64,000 bases of DNA, from assembly GCA_044344795.1 (NCBI GenBank), contig JBIJCF010000006.1, positions 32,245-96,244 on the forward strand. The letters run 5' to 3'. The position numbers and the translations under genes are program-made. Numbering within the stretch: the stretch's first letter is position 1; each line of letters starts with the position of its first letter. Source of the stretch: Bacteroidia bacterium. GTDB taxonomy: Bacteria > Bacteroidota > Bacteroidia > Palsa-965. Below, one piece after another: positions 59,037 to 64,000 of this stretch. The notes under the pieces were generated by a model. It made no database searches and was not told the origin of the DNA. It saw only the letters and a list, made by a program, of their open reading frames with translations.

Positions 59037-61178
59037 ATGAAGAACTTATTTCTACTAGCTGCAACATTACTTTTTGGAACCGCAACGTTCGCGCAAACGA
59101 ATGTGGAGTTTGATGAAAAGAATTTTAACGACCGCAAGGCATTTAAAGAAGCGAACAAGCGTTACGATCGTGGTAACGATTATTATAAACAAGCTAAGTC
59201 TGTTCACGACGCGGAATTGAAACGTTTCGTCGGAGAGAATCATTATTACCCGAATGGTATCAATGAATTGGGCGGCGCAGGCATGGATATGTTCAAGTTA
59301 GCATTGCCCGAATATCTTGCGGCCAATCAGTTTAATCCGAATAGCGCGACTTGTAATTTTCGAATTGCTGTTTGTTATTACAATATTCCCGCTCAGAAAT
59401 TAATGGGATTGGCTTATGCGGAAAAGGCGAAGATGTTAAATCCTTCCGTTGATCCGGAATTGAATTATGTTCTCGGGCGTTTGTATCATTTGAATAGCCG
59501 TTGGGACGAAGCTATTGCTGCATATAAAAGTTATCAGCAAGTGTATAATACAGATCCTGTTAAGAACAAAGACAAGATTACGGATTGTAACCGAAAGATA
59601 TCTGAGTGTTTGAACGGTAAAGAGTATGTTAAAAATCCGCAGCGTGTGTTTATCGATAATCTTGGAGCTACCGTAAATTCAGCAGATCCGGAGTACACGC
59701 CAATCATTACGGCAGATGAATCGATGATGTATTTTACCTCACGTCGTGCAACTTCAACGGGGGGAAGAATGTACCGGGATAATCAATATTTCGAAGATTT
59801 ATATATGACAAGTTACGTGAATGGAAGTTGGACACCCCCCGTTAATCTAGGTAAACCAGTTAACAGTGAAGATCATGATGCAACTGCAGGAATCTCTCCT
59901 GACGGGCAGCGTCTTTACGTATATCGTCCGCATAATGGTGGTGATATTTATGAGTGTTTTCAGAAAGGAAACGAGTGGTCGGAACCGGAGCGAATGAATA
60001 AGAATATCAATTCTGAAGGGCATGAATCATCGGTCTCATTGAGTTACGATGGAAAGAAGTTGTTTTTTGTAAGTGATAAAGAAGGGACGAACGGCCATCG
60101 TGATATCTGGTTTAGTACCATGGATCAGAAGGGGAAGTGGGGAGCTTCTGTAAACCTCGGACCAACAATAAATACGATTTACGGTGAAGAAGGTGTGTTT
60201 ATGATGCCTGACGGCAAGACGATGTATTTCAGTTCTCAGGGCCACAAGACTATGGGAGGCTACGATATTTTCAAAAGTGAATTTAAGGATGGTAAGTGGA
60301 GTGAGCCGGAGAATTTGGGTTATCCGATTAATGGTCCTGATGATGATGTATTCTTTGTAATTGACGCAAGCGGACGCCATGGTTATTTTGCATCCAATAA
60401 GGCGGATGGACAAGGAGAAAAAGATATTTATAAAATTACGTTCCTCGGCCCTGAAAAGCCATTAGCAACAAGCACCGAAGACAATCTGTTAGCAGGAGTT
60501 GCACAGCCGGTAAAAACAATACAGGCGGCACAGCCCGTTGAAATCAAAACGGCGCAGTTGACATTGTTAAAAGGAGCAATTACAGACGCATTTACCAAGA
60601 AGCCTGTATCAGCGCAAATTGAAATTGTTGATAACGAGCGTCGTGAAGTTGTTGCTACGTTTCCTAATAACTCTGTTAGTGGAAAGTATCTGGTGTCGTT
60701 ACCATCGGGAAAAAATTATGGTATTGCGGTTAAAGCAGATGGATATCTGTTCCATTCCGAAAACTTCGATATTCCGGCAGGCGCTAATTATCAGGAAATC
60801 ATAAAAGATATCGAACTGAAAAATGTTGCCGTGGGTAGCGTAATCGTATTGAAGAATATTTTCTTTGATTTTGATAAATCAACGTTAAAGCCGGCATCAT
60901 TTATAGAATTGGATCGTTTGGTGAAACTGATGCAAGATGTTCCGTCGTTGCGTATTGAGATTTCAGGGCACACGGATAGTAAGGGTGCTGATGATTATAA
61001 TCAGCGCTTGTCTGAAAGCCGTGCCAAGGCTGTTGTTGAATATTTGGTGTCGAAAGGCATAAAGGCTGATCGCATGGAGTACAAAGGTTACGGTGAAACA
61101 CAACCAATTGAAAGCAACGAAACCGATGCAGGACGCGCTAATAACCGACGCACGGAGTTCAAGATTATCGGAAAGTAA
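59037..61178 (+). CDS. OmpA-family peptidoglycan-associated protein with N-terminal TPR-like and TolB-like (PD40) beta-propeller regions.
   Basis: C-terminal OmpA domain NIFFDFDKSTLKP...ISGHTDSKGADDYNQRLSESRAKAV...NRRTEF. The central repeats SPDGQRLYV / SYDGKKLFF / MPDGKTMYF / ASGRHGYF are PD40-like. Confidence 0.8.
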   Translation: MKNLFLLAATLLFGTATFAQTNVEFDEKNFNDRKAFKEANKRYDRGNDYYKQAKSVHDAELKRFVGENHYYPNGINELGGAGMDMFKLALPEYLAANQFNPNSATCNFRIAVCYYNIPAQKLMGLAYAEKAKMLNPSVDPELNYVLGRLYHLNSRWDEAIAAYKSYQQVYNTDPVKNKDKITDCNRKISECLNGKEYVKNPQRVFIDNLGATVNSADPEYTPIITADESMMYFTSRRATSTGGRMYRDNQYFEDLYMTSYVNGSWTPPVNLGKPVNSEDHDATAGISPDGQRLYVYRPHNGGDIYECFQKGNEWSEPERMNKNINSEGHESSVSLSYDGKKLFFVSDKEGTNGHRDIWFSTMDQKGKWGASVNLGPTINTIYGEEGVFMMPDGKTMYFSSQGHKTMGGYDIFKSEFKDGKWSEPENLGYPINGPDDDVFFVIDASGRHGYFASNKADGQGEKDIYKITFLGPEKPLATSTEDNLLAGVAQPVKTIQAAQPVEIKTAQLTLLKGAITDAFTKKPVSAQIEIVDNERREVVATFPNNSVSGKYLVSLPSGKNYGIAVKADGYLFHSENFDIPAGANYQEIIKDIELKNVAVGSVIVLKNIFFDFDKSTLKPASFIELDRLVKLMQDVPSLRIEISGHTDSKGADDYNQRLSESRAKAVVEYLVSKGIKADRMEYKGYGETQPIESNETDAGRANNRRTEFKIIGK

Positions 61179-61847
61179 ATGGAGTCACGAGAACCTGAAC
61201 TTCGTGTTACAACTGATGGTTCGCATTCTTTGTACCATCCGGTAACGGATCAGCTTTATCATTCGCATCACGGTGCTGTGCAGGAATCCATGCACGTATT
61301 TATTAAGCACGGTTACGAATGTGTAGCAGGATCTAAGGATCATATTCGAATTTTGGAAATCGGATTCGGAACAGGGCTGAATGCCTTGTTGACACAACGT
61401 ATGGCCGATGATAAAACGATTTATTATGAATCGTTGGAGTATTATCCGATTTCAGCAAATTTGGCGGAACAATTAAATTATCCGAGAGACAACAACGAGC
61501 GTACTTTTTTTCACGCTTTGCACAACGCTTCATGGAATACTGTTGAGATGTTATCGCCGCAATTTCAAGTGCGCAAACGTTTACTGAAAATCCAGGATTA
61601 TGTTGCTCAAGATGCGTCGTTTGACGTGATCTATTTTGATGCATTCTCGCCGAGCGCTCAACCCGAGTTGTGGAGTGAGAAAATTTTTTGTGCGATGTAC
61701 AATAGCTTAAACTATAATGGTGTTTTGGTTACATATTGCAGCAAAGGCGATGTGCGGAGAGCTATGATAGCAGCGGGTTTCTCAGTAGAAAAACTCCCCG
61801 GCCCTCCGGGTAAGCGCGAAATGTTACGAGGCATACGCATGAAATAA
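61179..61847 (+). CDS. MnmC-N / MnmD-like SAM-dependent tRNA (mnm5s2U34) methyltransferase.
   Basis: HSHHGAVQESMHVFI...ILEIGFGTGLNALLT (SAM motif I) with an overall DUF752/MnmD layout. Its start abuts the upstream stop (TAAATG). Confidence 0.6.
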   Translation: MESREPELRVTTDGSHSLYHPVTDQLYHSHHGAVQESMHVFIKHGYECVAGSKDHIRILEIGFGTGLNALLTQRMADDKTIYYESLEYYPISANLAEQLNYPRDNNERTFFHALHNASWNTVEMLSPQFQVRKRLLKIQDYVAQDASFDVIYFDAFSPSAQPELWSEKIFCAMYNSLNYNGVLVTYCSKGDVRRAMIAAGFSVEKLPGPPGKREMLRGIRMK

Positions 61848-61925
61848 TTTGGCGATCAGTAAGAAATTCGTTTACATTTGCGCGTTCTTTAATTTATCGG
61901 CATCACCGGAAAAGGTCTGAAACGA

Positions 61926-62110
61926 AAGTTTTAGTTAATAGGGAATCGTGTTAAAGTCACGAACTGGTGCGCAACTGTAAGTGTCTTATAGGTCTGTGTA
62001 ATACTCCACTGTCTGCCTGCGGCGGATGGGAAGGAACACAGATGACACAAGTCAGGAGACCTGCCTTCGCCGTTATGATCACGCCTTCGCAAGTTGAGGC
62101 AGAAATCAAG
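61926..62110 (+). promoter_or_regulatory. Cobalamin (AdoCbl) riboswitch in the btuB leader.
   Basis: Conserved core elements occur in order: AGGGAATCGTGTTAAAGTCACGAACTGGTGCGCAACTGTAAG (GGGAA...GGTG.AA.TCC...CCGC.ACTGTAA), CCACTG...GGGAAGG, and the B12 box AGTCAGGAGACCTGCC at 62050-62065. Confidence 0.85.
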
Positions 62111-62204
62111 TGAGATGTTTTTACAATACCTTTTCCGGCGTTGTTGGTTCATTTTATTTATTTCCCGAGGCTTCGTGCGTGATGATGTCACAGACATTAC
62201 GACA

Positions 62205-64000
62205 ATGAAGTATTTGTTCATTACACTTACGCTTTTGCTTTTCGTTTGCTCTGCAAACGGACAGGATACGTTGCGTACATATGACAAATCAGTCGTAGTC
62301 GTGGTAGTCGATCGTGTCCGCACACAAGCCTCCGGTGTGAAAGTGCTGACATTTGATTCATCATTAATAGCGCGCTACAACGACCGAAATATCGGTGACT
62401 TGTTGGCATCACATTCTCCCATTTTTGTAAAAAATTATGGTCCGGGCAATTTATCTACGACAACTTTTCGTGGTGGAAACGCAGCGCACACCGCAGTGAT
62501 CTGGGGAGGCTTGAACATCAATAGTTCCATGAATGGAATTGTTGATTTTAATTTGTTGCCAACGTATTTATTTGACCAAGTGGCTTTGCAGTTTGGCGGT
62601 GGTGGGACATCATGGGGAAGTGGCGCGGTAAGTGGAGCTGTTTTACTGGATAGTAAGATGAAGTTTAATAACGGAAGATCCATCACAGCAGGTTCTTCCA
62701 TTGGAGCATTTGGTTTTCGTCAAACCGGTGTGAAGGCGCAATGGAGCTCCGATTCAACGATATGGAATTTAGGCGCGTATTACACAGATTCAGAAAACAA
62801 CTTTACCTATCAACGCTCGGACACTGCCTCGAAAGAGCGAATGGATCATGCATCGTTCATTCAACGCGGAATTAAAATCGATCACAGTCGGAAATTGCGT
62901 GGTAAAAAGGGAATCTTGTCCGTACGATATTGGTATCACGAGAATTTCAGAGATGTTCCACCGACACTGAATGAGCAAACATCTTCTGCTTTCCAGTATG
63001 ATCTTACTTCACGATTAGCCTGGCAATTGCAGAAAGAAGCATTCGGAGGATTTTTGGTCATTCGGCAAGGATGGTTTTTGGAGCGAATTAATTTTAAGAT
63101 TAATGATTATCGTAAAATTGAGCATAACGTTGCCAATACTTTAATTTCTGATATCGAATTCAATCGTTATTTAGCGAAGTGGAAATGGCACGCCGGGGTT
63201 AATCACACGATTTCTATGGGGAATTCAAAGTCTTATTCGGGAAGCCCAATGATCAACAGAATATCGCTCTTCGGTGGAGCGATTATCAAATTATCGAACC
63301 GTTGGGAAGGATCAATGAACCTTCGTTCGGAATTAGTCAATAATCAATTCGCACCTTTAACTTTTGCGGTAGGTTCTGAATATCGCGTTAATCCCTTGTT
63401 GTCATTTTTAGTAAATGCTTCTCGCGTGTATCGTGTCCCAACGTTTAACGATCTGTATTGGAATCCCGGCGGAAACCCTGAATTATTAACGGAGTTGGGT
63501 TATACCGGTGACGCGACTACAGTACTTAACATACGTCCTTTCCGAAGTAAATTTAAATCCAAAATAGAAATAACGGTATTCACACGTTTGATGAAAAATC
63601 AAATAATCTGGTTGCCACAAGGAGCGTTTTGGACCCCACGTAATTTAATGGAAGTATGGAGTAGAGGAATGGAAACGAACTGGACCTTGAGTTATACCAA
63701 TAAGAACTTTTCTGTTCTGACAGGTGTTGGTACGAATTATACGTTGGCTGCTTCGATGAAGCCGTTATCCGAGAACGATCAGAGTGTTGATCAACAATTG
63801 ATGTACGTGCCCATGTATTCCGGCAACGGTAATATTTTAATTCGCTATAAGCAGTTTGAATTTAATTATACTCTTACATATACAGGATACCGTTATATAT
63901 CTACAGATCGTTATTCATACCTGAATCCGTATTGGTTGCATAGTAGTTTCGTTTCGTATGCCATAGAGGAGCGCAATAATATGATTATTCGACTAAACGG
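62205..64000 (+). CDS. btuB: TonB-dependent vitamin B12/cobalamin outer-membrane receptor (BtuB-like), 5' portion; it runs off the window end.
   Basis: ATG at 62205, missed by the ORF track because there is no stop in the window. Signal peptide, a TonB-box-like DKSVVVVVVDR, and plug motifs (IGDLLASHSPIFV, TTFRGGN) followed by beta-barrel repeats. It lies directly downstream of the cobalamin riboswitch. Confidence 0.8.
   Translation, partial: MKYLFITLTLLLFVCSANGQDTLRTYDKSVVVVVVDRVRTQASGVKVLTFDSSLIARYNDRNIGDLLASHSPIFVKNYGPGNLSTTTFRGGNAAHTAVIWGGLNINSSMNGIVDFNLLPTYLFDQVALQFGGGGTSWGSGAVSGAVLLDSKMKFNNGRSITAGSSIGAFGFRQTGVKAQWSSDSTIWNLGAYYTDSENNFTYQRSDTASKERMDHASFIQRGIKIDHSRKLRGKKGILSVRYWYHENFRDVPPTLNEQTSSAFQYDLTSRLAWQLQKEAFGGFLVIRQGWFLERINFKINDYRKIEHNVANTLISDIEFNRYLAKWKWHAGVNHTISMGNSKSYSGSPMINRISLFGGAIIKLSNRWEGSMNLRSELVNNQFAPLTFAVGSEYRVNPLLSFLVNASRVYRVPTFNDLYWNPGGNPELLTELGYTGDATTVLNIRPFRSKFKSKIEITVFTRLMKNQIIWLPQGAFWTPRNLMEVWSRGMETNWTLSYTNKNFSVLTGVGTNYTLAASMKPLSENDQSVDQQLMYVPMYSGNGNILIRYKQFEFNYTLTYTGYRYISTDRYSYLNPYWLHSSFVSYAIEERNNMIIRLN

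Noticed and set aside
61931-62978. Minus-strand ORFs of 60-130 aa listed over the riboswitch/btuB region (61931..62323, 62227..62412, 62435..62701, 62790..62978).
   Set aside because: They lie antisense to a well-supported cobalamin riboswitch and to a long plus-strand TonB-dependent receptor ORF with plug motifs. They have no motifs of their own. They were listed only because the real gene has no stop inside the window.
1-64000. Searched for CRISPR arrays, transposases/IS elements, integrases, restriction-modification systems, toxin-antitoxin pairs, and rRNA or other large ncRNAs.
   Set aside because: I found no regularly spaced direct repeats, no DDE/tyrosine-recombinase motifs and no rRNA-like conserved stretches. 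The only structured RNAs supported are tRNA-Glu and the cobalamin riboswitch.

Overview
This 64-kb window reads as largely core chromosome from a Bacteroidota organism, probably Chitinophagia- or Sphingobacteriia-like. Supporting this are multiple proteins ending in type IX secretion (T9SS) C-terminal sorting domains, TonB-dependent receptors, LpxH/LpxK, an archaeal-type ProRS, and candidate TAnnTTTG -7 promoter motifs. Genes are dense on both strands. I found no transposase, integrase, CRISPR array or rRNA. Housekeeping genes I recognise with good confidence are hemE, ung, lipA, gap, gatB, proS, lpxH, lpxK, pbpC, oxyR, a purine-nucleoside phosphorylase gene, a Nif3-like gene and lhgO. Non-coding features I can support are one tRNA-Glu(UUC) on the minus strand, a cobalamin riboswitch in front of a partial btuB-like TonB-dependent receptor at the 3' end of the window, and several clean rho-independent terminators. 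The accessory-looking content is as follows. (1) Four intact T9SS cargo genes: a PETase/cutinase-like polyesterase, a BNR beta-propeller protein, an LVIVD-like propeller and a Lys-C-like S1 protease. There is also an orphan T9SS C-terminal domain (CTD) remnant beside the tRNA. (2) A W/G/Y/N-rich, proline-tailed, low-complexity lipoprotein directly abutting (0-nt gap) a FadL/TodX-like outer-membrane (OM) channel gene. (3) A tandem pair of TonB-C-domain lipoproteins behind a Cys-rich membrane protein. (4) A GH3 acyl-amido-synthetase / LysE exporter / lipoprotein / M42 peptidase operon. (5) A beta-carbonic anhydrase next to a SulP transporter. (6) A bacillithiol-type YtxJ and OsmC pair. I see no canonical defence or mobile system. 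The most novel candidate is the disordered lipoprotein with its FadL-like OM channel module. All calls rest on motif and family recognition by eye. No database search was run.
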